NCBI GenBank assembly: GCA_002269645.1
Contig: NIVC01000059.1
Span: 1,178,001 to 1,242,000 of the forward strand
DNA length: 64,000 bases
Direction: 5' to 3'
From: Macrostomum lignano
Lineage: Eukaryota
Every line of letters begins with the position of its first letter. Position 1 is the stretch's first letter. Made by a program: the position numbers and the translations under genes. Positions 12,449-24,721 of the stretch are shown here, piece after piece. Below the pieces are notes generated by a model. That model searched no databases, had not been told where the DNA came from, and saw only the letters and a program-made list of their open reading frames with translations.

Positions 12449-15400
12449 ATGAACTCAGAATCTAATGTACAATCGCATTTGCTAGGCCCACAGGCACAGC
12501 CTTCACCAGGTGTCAATAGTTTGTCTTCATCTATGGGGATGGCTACTTCACCAGACAATAATATTGCAGTTGTGACACCTGAGTATTATCAAGAACTACT
12601 TAAAGATAAAAGAAGTCTACAGAGCTTTCCAAATGTCTTCCATCATGTTGAAAGAATCTTAGATACAGGTAGGTCTAAGTCTTACTCTTATGATTTAATT
12701 TAGGCCTAGTATTAGGGGCCTAATCAAATGCCATAATGGTAATGCTAATGATAATTTTATTAATAACATTAACAATGTCAATTGTCAATATAATATGTCT
12801 AGGCCTAATATTTGTTTTTTGTGTAATAAAGATATTATAGACTTAGTACAATTTTGTAAGCCTATCTTAGCATTAGGCTAGCCATTAGGCCTAGTAAAAA
12901 CCCTAGCCTAGCCTAATATAGATGTTAAATAATAGGCCTATCTTGAATCTTTGAATCAAATCTTAAAATTAGATCTAGGCCTAAGAATTAAGATGCAATT
13001 TTATCTAGGCCTATTACTATATCTTGGTACCTTATCATTTCTACAAAAAATGAAATTTTTTATCTTATAAATATAATCCTTTCCTTAATTTTAAGTCTAC
13101 TTAACTTAGGCCATTAGGCCCTGGCTTTAGCTTCATTTTATGACACCTAATAAATTAAATAACAATAACAATAACAAATTATACAGTCATGCATATAAGG
13201 TCATAGTTAAAAATAGGTGCATTAGATAGCATGCTATAGAGCATAAGAATAGACAAAGTCTACCTTAGTCCCTGTTGGCAATGTTAGACACCTTGGTATC
13301 ACATAAAAGGCAATCTATATATTGATAGGTTTAGGCCTAACCTTGCCTAAATAAGCCTTGCAAGGTGAGCAGTAAGATATCTTAAATAGTTAAAGGGTAG
13401 TAGGCCTAACCCTTAACTCAACCTAGATCATATGATTTGCCAATTGAAGTCACCACTAATATAAGATGATAAATAGATGCTGCAGCTTGGCCTAATCCTA
13501 CTGGGCCTTGGTCTCTAGGGGCCTATATTCTCATTTACTAAAAAGGCTGCATAGAGCAGCCCTAAGTGCATTGAGTCTAGTGTTCCGCTATAAGGGGGAG
13601 GGTCCATATGCCATAGCCATAAGCAAAACTATGGCTTCTTCTAATTTTCTATATTCCATAGTCACCATAGGGACCCCAATATTGTTATATTCCTATAGTT
13701 CCTATAACCATTTTTTAGCAAATTAGTAGTTTTAACAAAAAGTCTAGAGAATAAAGTAGTTTAAATCAGAAGAATAACTTGGTATTTTAACAATTACAAA
13801 TAAGGATAAAAACTTAAACTGACACTCAATTGCCTTTTGTAAGATTATATTTCAATCTATCTATTACTGAAAGTACCACTACTAAACTTTTTAACATTGA
13901 TAAAAGTAAGAATTTGCTAGTGTTTTATTGTACTATATAATTTCTAAGTTTTTGAATCTATGATGCAATTTATACTATCTTTGTTTTATTTTACCTGTAA
14001 ATGTGATTGCAATTACAATTACTATATTTCCATAGTCGTAGCCACAACAGCAACTATCTAACATAGGCAAATCCATAGCTGCTGTAGGCACCTATTTTAT
14101 CATATTTGCTGTAGGATCCCATAGCCATAGCTATAGCAGAACACTAGTTGAGTCCAACTGTATATTTCAGCCACTGGATAAGTAGAGTTCCTTGTTGCTA
14201 CTTTGAATTCAAATACTTTTTTGCCATAAAAAAAAACTAAAAAATCTTGTTACTCCTAGCTTGCTACTGGGTACATGTGTACAAAATGTAGTCTGGTATA
14301 TAGTAGTGGTTAACTGTACAAAAGAATAATACAATGCTGCCAAGACTCAGACAGGAAAGCTATAGAAAGACTATGAATACAAGTATATTATGCAGTTTAT
14401 ATAGTATCATGAAAGCTAAAGGACCACATGTACATAAAGAAGATGGACATGTAATCCATATTGCAGATACTCTTGTAGTAATCCTAACTTTAAAATAAAA
14501 TAAAATTCATTAAAAAACTAAATAAACATTTGAATTTGAACTAGATATTTGTGCAACTTTATGGCTAAAGTTTATTATAAATTATTAAAGCTATTTTGGG
14601 TGTATTTATAAGTGTTTTAAGGGTTTAAATCACTACTTCAGGAGAAGTTTTTTGGATATATATATATTTTAAATATTCCCAACTCGCTACTTGTTGGTAG
14701 TATTCTCAGTATTACGAAATATTGCCTTATTGACATTTTCCTTAGAAATCGGCCGCGCCAGGAGCCATCTCTACCATCAGAATGGATCCTCTCGTCGTCA
14801 CACCGAAGACCTACCCGAAGGCGAAGGCCCGATCGTAACTGTGCAAGAGAAAGTTTACATCCCTGTGAAAGAGAATCCTAATTATAATTTTGTTGGCAGA
14901 TTGCTCGGCCCGAGAGGCACGACAGCTAAGCAGCTGGAGACCGATCTGGATTGCAAGATTATGGTTCGCGGGAAAGGCTCCATGCGAGACAAGAAAAAAG
15001 TAATAACTACTGGTAGATAGATTACACTAATAATAACTACTGGTAGATAGATTACACTAATAATAACTACTGGTAGATAGATTACACTATAATGAATACT
15101 GGTAGATAGATTACACTATAATGAATACTGGTAGATAGATTACACTATAATGAATACTGGTAGATAGATTACACTATAATGAATACTGGTAGATAGATTA
15201 CACTATAATGAATTACTGGTAGATAGATTTTACTACTGGTAGATAGATTACACTAATAATAACTACTGGTAGATAGATTACACTAATAATAACTACTGAT
15301 AGATAGATTACACTAATAATAACTACTGGTAGATAGATTACACTAATAATAACTACTGATAGATAGATTACACTAATAATAACTACTGGTAGATTGATTA

Positions 15401-18400
15401 CACTAATAATAACTACTGATAGATAGATTACACTAATAATAACTACTGATAGATAGATTACACTAATAATAACTACTGATAGATAGATTACACTAATAAT
15501 AACTACTGGTAGATAGATTACACTAATAATAACTACTGATAGATAGATTACACTAATAATAACTACTGGTAGATTGATTACACTAATAATAACTACTAAT
15601 AGATAGATTACACTAATAATAACTACTGGTAGATAGATTACACTATAATGAATACTGGTAGATAGATTACACTAATAATAACTACTGGTAGATAGATTAC
15701 ACTATAATGAACTACTGGTAGATAGATTACACTAATAATAACTACTGGTAGATAGATTACACTAATAATAACTACTGGTAGATAGATTACACTAATAATA
15801 ACTACTGGTAGATAGATTACACTAATAATAACTACTGGTAGATAGATTACACTAATAATAACTACTGGTAGATAGATTACACTAATAATAACTACTGGTA
15901 GATAGATTACACTAATTATAACTACTGATAGATAGATTACACTATAATGAATACTGGTAGATAGATTACACTAATAATAACTACTGATAGATAGATTACA
16001 CTAATAATAACTACTGGTAGATAGATTACACTATAATGAATACTGGTAGATAGATTACACTAATAATAACTACTGGTAGATAGATTACACTATAATGAAT
16101 GCTGGTAGATAGATTACACTAATAATAACTACTGGTAGATAGATTACACTATAATGAATGCTGGTAGATAGATTACACTAATAATAACTACTGGTAGATG
16201 GATTACACTATAATGACTAGCAGTAAATGTATAAAAAGCCACTATTAATTTTGAGACCAACAGTCTCACCAATTGATTTTAATGAAAGAAACTAATTAAC
16301 TAATTGATTATTACAACTGTAACATCCAGGAAGACCAGAATCGTGGCAAGCCAAACTGGGAGCATCTGTCCGAGGAGTTGCACGTTCTCGTATCGGTTGA
16401 AGATCATCAGAATCGAGCCGAGATCAAAGCCAAACGAGCCGCAGATGAAATTCGAATTTTCCTTGAACAGGCGGTTAAAATGGTATGAACTTATTTGCAA
16501 TTTGATTATTTTACTAGATACAAAAACTACACAATATATTTGCCAAGAACCGCTGCAGTCGTATAACAGGACTTGAAATTCAAAAATATTTTTTTCATGA
16601 AAATATCCATGATAGGATCTGATCTGGGGCAGTGAATATTACCATTCCTTTAATTTAGCATGTACAACATTATTCGCCATTTTTGTTGGTTTAAATGCAT
16701 ACTAGTTGCTATATTCCTACACCTCTCTAAAGAGTTATAGGTACACAATGTTTACTAATATATATTTTCGTATTATTATTGACTTAGACTTGGGCCTCGC
16801 TTAAGGCTAACTTCTCTGCCTCAAATCAAATGCAATCATTTGATTCTGGGATGAAAAAAAGGTTAAATTCTCTACCTCCGCAGTGTATTTTCCAATAAAA
16901 AAATAGGCCTCCTAAATATTTGATCCTTGACATTTGCTTGCATTTCTACTTGTCAGTAGTGCATTTAATGCTTGGCTTCAATACAAATTTAGCCGGAGAA
17001 CGAGGACAGATTAAAACAAATGCAACTAATGGAGGTTGCCGCCATGAATGGTAAAAAAAATTGCCCTGCTTTATTATCTGACAGTAAATATAACCCATCA
17101 TTCTGCCGTGTTTTAATCCTTTTTTATCATATTCTTAATCGCTTTTTCACCAATATTGTTTCATATACAATATTTATGGTATTGCAATATTTACACTCTA
17201 AAAAGCATTAATTATTTAACATTTCGTTAATCCCGCGGTAATTAGCAACAAAATGGCGAAGACTCGGCCAAGCGCTGTCAACTGGCCGAGTTTGCCCTGT
17301 TGAAAGGCAATTTTCGGCCACCACTGTCCGGACAGCAGGGTGTCCGAGTGTTTAACTGTCTACAATTGGCTGGGCAGTTGCGTAAGGCCCTACAAGTCTG
17401 TGTTGTTGGCATGATGTTGTCGTAGTGCTGTGATTGCTATTTCTAAGAAATGAATGCCAATTCTCTGTTGTGATACTGCACAAAGACTACTTGTCCCTGT
17501 GTTCTCATAGATTATTAAAGCATGTTTAACATGTCTGTGTATGTGTCAGCTCCTTTTAGTCAGAATCAATCAATCAATGAATTTGCATTAATCAATAAGT
17601 TCGAAAATTTAGAAGAAAATTCCTAAATAATAAAACACTAACTTGTTATTGTCATTTGTCAAAAAATACGCTTATAAAGTTGGCAACTCATTGCTATTTG
17701 CCACTCAAATTTATAACAAATTCTTTGAATATGATAAACAGAATTTAAAATTTTAGAAAAAAACATTTGCGATTTGAATTTTTAAAAATGATTTCAATAT
17801 GGCTTTTGAGTTCTCTTTCAAATTTAATTTGTTGGCATCAACCTTAGAAAAACGGGTTGTCAATTTGGCATTGGGGTTCAAATCCCCATTGGTGTACCAT
17901 TGAGCCCATTGAGCCTTCAAAAACATTCCCAAGAAATGACTTTTTTTACAATACCTAGATAAATACCGACAGACCATTTTTAGTATATGGATATAATAAA
18001 CAAGCTGTTGAAACCCGCGGATTTTGAACCCGGGGAACTCCAATCCCCAGAACTATTTTTGCGTGTATTCTACAATCGGAAGTCATACTTAAACAAAAAC
18101 TTATTAATAGTTAGTAATTTAGGATAGAGCTAAAAATAAAATAGAGTACATTCATGTAAAATTAGGATTTATGGCAAATATTGAAATTATTAGCTGGGGT
18201 GCTGCCCAGAATGTCAGGCAAACTCTGGCCTCTACCTCTGCTTCTCCCTATGTCCCTTGTATCCTTTGAAACTTCTATCTTCTCTTTTGTTTCCTATCTT
18301 CTCTCTCGTCTCTCACCTCTCCTCTCTCCTCTCTCCCCTCTTCTCTCGTCTCTTCCCTCTCCCCTCTATTATTTTCTCTCTCCTCCTCTCTTCTTTCTGG

Positions 18401-21400
18401 TCTTTGATCTCAAGAATCTCCTTTCTCCTCTTTTATCTATTCTCATTTCTTTCTGCTCTCTACTCTCTCTTCTCTGCTCTCTCTTCTCTCTGCTCTCTAC
18501 TCTCTGTTCCCTCTCCCCTCTTCTCACTCTTTACTGTACTCTCTCTCAACACTTCCCTCATCTCTCCTCTCTCCTTTTTCCTCTCTTCTCTCAACTCTCT
18601 CCTCTCCTCTGTCCACTCTCTCCTCTCATCTCTTCTATCGTCTCTTCCCTCACCTCTCAGTTTTCTCTTCTTTCCTCTCTTATCTCTCATTTCTCTTCTT
18701 TTATCTTCTCTGTCTTCTCTTTTCTCATTTCTATCTGCTCTCTCTCCTCTCCCCCTTTCTCTCTCTCCTCTCATCTCTCTTCTCTCTAATCTCTCCCCTC
18801 TTTCCTCTCCTATCTTCTCCTTTACACCAATTTCCCCTGGCCTCTCGATTCTCTCCCCTCCCATCCTCTCTCCTCACTCAGATTCTCTCCCCTCCCATCC
18901 TCTCTCCTCACTCAGATTCTCTCCCCTCCCCTCCTCTCTCCTCACTCAGATTCTCTCCCCTCCCCTCCTCTCTCCTCACTCACTTCTCATCTCTCCCTTG
19001 TCTCCACCTCTCATCGCTTATTTCTTATCTCTCCTCTTTTCTCTCTACTCTCCCATCTCTCGTCTGTTGACTCTCGTTTCCGCTATCTCATCTCCCTTCT
19101 GTCATCTGTCGTTTTTACTCTCATATGTTCTCTCACCTCTCTCCTCTTGTATTCTTCTCTTTCCCATTTTTTGACTCAGGACTCTCTTTCCTTTCTTCTT
19201 TCTTCTCGCCTCTTCTCTTCCCTCTTCTATACTCTCTCCCTCTCTTGTCTTCTCTCTTCTCTCTCCATTCTCCTCTCTCCTCTCATATATCCTTTGTTCA
19301 CACTCATCTTTGCTCTCTCATTCCCCTCTCTCTTCTATCGTCTCTACTCTCCTATCTCCTGTGTACTCTTTCTTTCTCCTCTTCTGACTCCTCTCTTCTT
19401 TTTCCTCTTGTATACTCTCTCCCCTCTATTCTCTTCTCTTGTCTTTCTGTATTCTGCTCTCTCTTCCTTCATCTCCCATCTCTACTCTCTCATCTTTCCT
19501 TTCATCTCCCTCATCTCTGCAATATAATCTCTTTCCTCTCTCCTCCTCTTCCTTTTACTTTATCATCTCTCCTTTCTCCTGTCTTCTTTCTCAACTCTCT
19601 CATCTCTTATCTCCTCTCTTCTCACTCCTCTCTCTTCCCCTCTCTCCCCCTCTTATCTCCTCTCTTCTCTATCCTTTCTAATCTCTCCTCTCGATCCTCT
19701 CTCATCTGCCTCTCTGTTCTCTAATCTCTCCTCATCTCTTCTCACTCTTCTCTACTTTCCTCTCTCATCAATCATGTCTCCTCTCTCCATTCTTCTCTCT
19801 CCCTCTTCTCACCTCTACTCTTTCCTCTCCCTCCTCTCTCCCCTTCTCTCGCTTCTTCCTCCCATATTCTCTGCTCTCTCCTCACCCCCTCGTCTCTCCT
19901 GATATCTTCTATCTTTTCTCTTATCCCCCTCCCGCCCCTCCTCCCTTTCTAATAGTCTATTCCTTTTCCTTTTCACTCTCATCTAGCCCGCAGCCATGAG
20001 CTGGATTCTTTATCTGGCCGTTCAGGTAAAAATCTGCCGATCCCTGCTTTGAAAGCCAGTTTGTGGGACATAGTACTATCATTGTTATCATTTCTCATCT
20101 CATGCTTTAATCACGGCATCTTTCTGGCCAATTAGCAGCCCTGAGAGGAATTTGTGTATCTCCAGCTCCACCACCACAGCTGGAACTCTACAGCAGTCTA
20201 ACAACCAAGGAAATACGCATTTCTTAGAAGCCATTTAAATTTTAAAGTTACCTTATGCGAATCTTAATGTTAAAAGCTTCATGGTGTAACTAACTAATTT
20301 AGTAGGATTGCATTGTAAACAGTTATTCATTAGTTTTTCGCTATTTTTACAAACCATCCCACATTGTCTTGACTCTTGACTCTTGATTTGCAATCCACTG
20401 TTAAACTGCTGCAGACTGTCTATGTCCATACAGTACAGAGGACAGTGGTTTGAATCTCTCGCTAAACTGTCTCTCCTCTCCACGCCTCTCCGGGGGTACA
20501 GAGAGGGCTATTAAAAAGTTATTCCAAAACACTGTACACTCGCTATGTACATTGAGCCCTATCGCCTGACCCTTCGTCTGAGCTGGGGGAATGGGGAGCA
20601 CGAAAAATGCCCGCAGACGAATTGCCCGCCGAGATTTGCCCGCAGGAGATTTGCCCGTAGAGATTTGCCCGCCGAGCTTTTCCCGCGGAGATTTGCCCGC
20701 AGTGCATTTTGCCCGTGAGCGAATTGCCCGTGGAGATTTGCCCGCCGAGAATTGCCCGCCGAGATTTGCCCGCAATGCAATTTTCCCGCGAGTGAATTGC
20801 CCGCGAGCGAATTGCCCGCCGAGTTTTTTCCCGCCGAGGTTTGCCCGCGATCCTTTTTTGCAGCGCATTTGGCAGCTAGATTCTGTCTATACATTGCTAC
20901 CCCCAAAATATGCATTTGATATGCAGTTACTATCAAAAAGTTTTGATCGTGTAAATCTCTTTATTGAGATTAACACGTACTAAGCATGGGAAGGCAATGC
21001 AGACAAAATCTGCCGCGTGGCCAAATGCGCTGCAGGAAAAAAGCATTGCGGGCAAACCTCGGCGGGAAAAAACTCGGCGGGCAATTCGCTCGCGGGCAAT
21101 TCACTCGCGGGAAAATTGCATTGCGGGCAAATCTCGGCGGGCAATTCTCGGCGGGCAAATCTCCACGGGCAATTCGCTCACGGGCAAAATGCACTGCGGG
21201 CAAATCTCCGCGGGAAAAGCTCGGCGGGCAAATCTCCACGGGCAAATCTCCTGCGGGCAAATCTCGGCGGGCAATTCGTCTGCGGGCAATTCTCATGGAC
21301 CCGGGGGAATGAGTGAGTGAGTGGCACAAACAACAGAAAAAGCAGACAAACTTCACATGCTTACAGTTTCTTTTTCGGTTGAGTTACAGAGTTGAAACTT

Positions 21401-23958
21401 TACATTTAGACAGAAAATGAGTCAATGAAGAATTGTGTCAAGTTTGAAGTCAATCGCTTTACGTGGAGCAAACTTATGGCAGCTGAAAGTTAGTCAATTT
21501 TGAAACCCTTTTACACATCTGGGCCCAGATCGGTATCGGGAAAGAGAGGCAGGCGGGCAGATGTTGGGGTGGTTGCTACGCTGAAAAAAACAGCCTAACT
21601 TTAAAAGTGCACAGCGGCTTTCAGGATTAACTTTGAGACTCGAAATTTTACACGATTGTGCCAAAATAGTTGAAGATTATCTGTGTTAAATTTGAAGAGA
21701 ATCGGTAGAAGTAGAGCGGCGCTATGGAGGATTAAGTGAAAAAATCGCGCATTTTGAGCAGTTTTTTGTACTTTTAGGTAGGAAGACTTGAGTCTAGGAA
21801 ATTTAATGGTAGCCTAAGACATTCTCCGTAGTAAGTTTAGGGTGGGTGTAAAGTTTGGTGTCATTTGGTTGAGCGGTTTGGGAGTCCATAGCGATCAAAA
21901 TTGTCCACAGACACACAGATAGACAGACAGACAGACAGACACACAGACAGAGTTTTGATTTTTATATGTAGAGATTTTTATATGTAGAGATGTACTTTCA
22001 AACCAAATTTGTAAACTATTCATATTGAAGATACTAACAAGTAGGATGATAAGAATGATGTTGCTAATGTTGTGAATGTTGTGTTCTAAATAACATTGTA
22101 ACAAATATTGCACTAAATTATATTCTCTTCAAATTTATTTTAATTGCACGCAAAAGCTAATAGGCTTATATAATCTATAATTTGCGCTAGTAACTAGATA
22201 TAACAAAAATTAGCATTGTCTGTTGTAGTTAGTGTTTTGTATGTTTATATCAATATGGTTTGATAGAATATCATTACTTAAAAATTACTACCGTCAACAA
22301 GTTAGTACTTGTATGATAATTACTTTGTATTGCTTGTGTTATGTGATACTACTGTTCGTTTTATACTACTGTTTTACAGCCAAGAGTAGTATCGTAATAG
22401 TATAATTCTGCTTCTACTACTACTACTGCTACTACTACTACTGCTACTACTACTACTACTACCACTACTACTATTATTATTATTATTCAACGAGCAAAAT
22501 GTGCTAGGCTACTACTAACAAGAGTATCAATTCAAGCTTATCTCGTCTTTTTGGCCCAATTTATCCAAATAATCAAATTTAAATTTATAACAAATTTTAT
22601 AACCGTCGCAGAGGCCACCCGAGCGTCAAACGCGGCTAATGCGCTGTCCATGGCCGCTGCCGCCGCGGCTGCCCAGCAACAGCAGCAGCAGTTTAATCCT
22701 GCCAGCTTTCTCCGCTTGCCAACGTCTGTCGCCGCTGTCGGACTTCAACAGCAGCAACAACAGCAACTCGCTGCCCAGCAGTTGCTCCTACAGCAGGGCC
22801 ATCTTGGCGGCTTGCCAATTTTTCAAACGCCGGTCGTGTCCGCGGCGGGTTCGGGCGCTCCTAGCAGCGCCGACCTGTCCGCCTATCTGATGGCGGCCGC
22901 CGCCGCCGCAGCCACTTCGACGTCGTCTGCCGTCAGCAGCGGCGGCGCTGTCGATCCGTCGACATCCTCCATCATGTCGTCACTGATCTCCTACCCTGGC
23001 GGAGCCGCAGCCGCCGCTGCTGCTGCTGCTGCTGCTGCCGCTTCTGGTGGACTCGACATGGGCGGTCAGACTGGTGAGTTTTTTTTCTGTGCGTTTTATC
23101 AAGTAGGAGCTTCGAGTGTGTGAAGCATCGAGCTTGTGAAGCATCGAGCTTGTGAAGCATCGAGTGTGTGAAGCATCGAGCTTGTGAAGCATCGAGCTTG
23201 TGAAGCATCGAGCTTGTGAATATTTGAGCTTGTGAATATTTGAGCTTGTGAAGCATCGAGCTTGTGAAGCATCGAGCTTGTGAATATTTGAGCTTGTGAA
23301 GCATCGAGTGTGTGAAGCATCGAGCTTGTAAAGCATCGAGTGTGTGAAGCATCGAGTGTGTGAAGCATCGAGTGTGTGAAGCATCGAGTGTGTGAAGCAT
23401 CGAGTGTGTGAAGCATCGAGCTTGTGAAGCATCGAGTGTGTGAAGCATCGATTGTGTGAAGCATCGAGTGTGTGAAGCATCGAGTGTGTGAAGCATCGAG
23501 TGTGTGAAGCATCGAGTGTGTGAAGCATCGAGTGTGTGAAGCATCGAGTGTGTGAAGCATCGAGTGTGTGAAGCATCGAGCTTGTGAAGCATCGAGCTTG
23601 TGAAGCATCGAGTGTGTGAAGCATCGAGTGTGTGAAGCATCGAGTGTGTGAAGCATCGAGCTTGTGAAGCATCGAGCTTGTGAAGCATCGAGCTTGTGAA
23701 GCATCGAGCTTGTGAATATTTGAGCTTGTGAAGCATCGAGCTTGTGAAGCATCGAGTGTGTGAAGCATCGAGCTTGTGAAGCATCGAGCTTGTGAAGCAT
23801 CGAGCTTGTGAATGTGAAGCATCGAGTGTGTGAAAATCTGAACTGTATCATCATTTGCCCCCTGTGTTGCAGGTCCAATGAAGTCGCGACAGCATGTGGG
23901 CGGCGGTGCAGGCGGCAGCGGTGCCAGGAGCCACCCGTACAGCAGGCCTGGCTTCTAG
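12449..23958 (+). CDS. QKI: Quaking/HOW-family STAR (QUA1-KH-QUA2) RNA-binding protein; exons 12449-12668, 14746-14999, 16330-16482, 16993-17050, 17307-17381 (or -17339), 22612-23073, 23873-23958
   Basis: Introns are GT-AG with matching phases. QUA1: [12 protein letters not shown]...VERILDT|EIGRAR. KH: [51 protein letters not shown]|[28 protein letters not shown]2: [16 protein letters not shown]|GNFR. An Ala/Gln-rich tail ends [10 protein letters not shown]. Confidence 0.93.
15000..16220 (+). repeat. 30-bp minisatellite (TACTGGTAGATAGATTACACTAATAATAAC) with a 29-bp variant (…CACTATAATGAA), in quaking intron 2
   Basis: About 40 units starting at the splice donor itself; about 29 carry ACTAAT. 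Confidence 0.96.
18230..19980. repeat. Degenerate CT-rich low-complexity tract in a quaking intron
   Basis: Pyrimidine-rich on the plus strand; it produces the Leu/Ser pseudo-ORFs. Confidence 0.9.
20594..21302. mobile_element. Mutator/foldback-like MITE, 709 bp, with long internally repetitive TIRs and a 9-bp TSD
   Basis: GGGGGAATG occurs as a direct repeat at 20585-20593 and 21303-21311. The termini GGGAGCACGAAAAATGCCCGC and the reverse complement of GCGGGCAATTCTCATGGACCC match. Arms of about 240 bp are near-perfectly inverted (opposite-strand ORFs translate identically) and built of TTGCCCGC units. Confidence 0.85.
21360..21990. mobile_element. Lep1/DINE-1-like non-autonomous Helitron-type fragment
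   Basis: AAATTTGAAGAGAATCGG and AAAGTTTGGT...GGTT...CGGTTT motifs are followed by (ACAG)n and TTTATATGTAGA, an architecture recalled from such elements. Not verified by search. Confidence 0.4.
23105..23832. repeat. 16-bp minisatellite (AAGCATCGAGCTTGTG / AAGCATCGAGTGTGTG) filling the last quaking intron
   Basis: About 45 copies lie between the donor at 23074 and the acceptor at 23872. Confidence 0.96.
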
Positions 23959-24721
23959 TGGCCAAAAACATGCATCTTTGTGTGTCCGTCATTTATTAAT
24001 ATTATTAATAATCGAATCTAATTTGTTTATCAACAATCTGATATTCTACTATCGGGCATATCTGAAGCGTGTTATAATCATATTGAAAATTTAGCTTCCA
24101 TAGTAACGTTTTGCGCACAGTAGTTTTTTCTGTATGATAATTGAATTGAATTTATTGTATAATTTATCACTATAATTTGCTTTTATATCTGCGACACAGC
24201 TGGACTTTTGTATCGATTTTAATTAGTGTCTGTAATCTTTGTTTGCTATATATTCGTTTATTTAAACAACTACGCAAAGAAACATAAATGGCTTTGTCTC
24301 TCAATTTTAATTTTGACTATTTTGTAACAAAAATATTTATTTACATACGTTTTTATTTTTATAATGTCTTCACTTTACTATACTGTTGCTGAATCTTTTT
24401 TTGACTTTTATAATGTAAGTATTGGTCTCATTATTTTGTTGTTTTGTTGTCCAATTAGTTAGCTACGAGTATCTGCTTTTACAATCTCTCTGTTTAGCTG
24501 TTTCTTTTTAAACTGGTGCTCCTGTGTGTTTTTTATTATTATAACATCTTTTCAGCATCAAAGTTGAAAGGGTGAGTGTGTTAAGCCTGAGTAGCAAGCT
24601 ATTTAAAAAAATCAGTGGAAAACATTCTTTAAATTCCGCCAACCCCCCTGAGCAGGCACACACTCACACAGGAGTGTACAGCGGCCCTAGCTTAGACATG
24701 TACACTTCACTGTGCCTTTGG

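Noticed and set aside
18181-19724. Leu/Ser-rich ORFs resembling membrane proteins
   Set aside because: CT-rich low-complexity intron; the same applies to 31090-31767 and 32801-33469.
20401-21356. Cluster of 100-155-aa ORFs on both strands
   Set aside because: They are mirror translations of the MITE arms; the same applies to 61322-61846 and to 43175-43699 (36-bp repeat).
22972-23992. [13 protein letters not shown] repeat ORFs on the minus strand
   Set aside because: Antisense translation of the 16-bp array in the last quaking intron.
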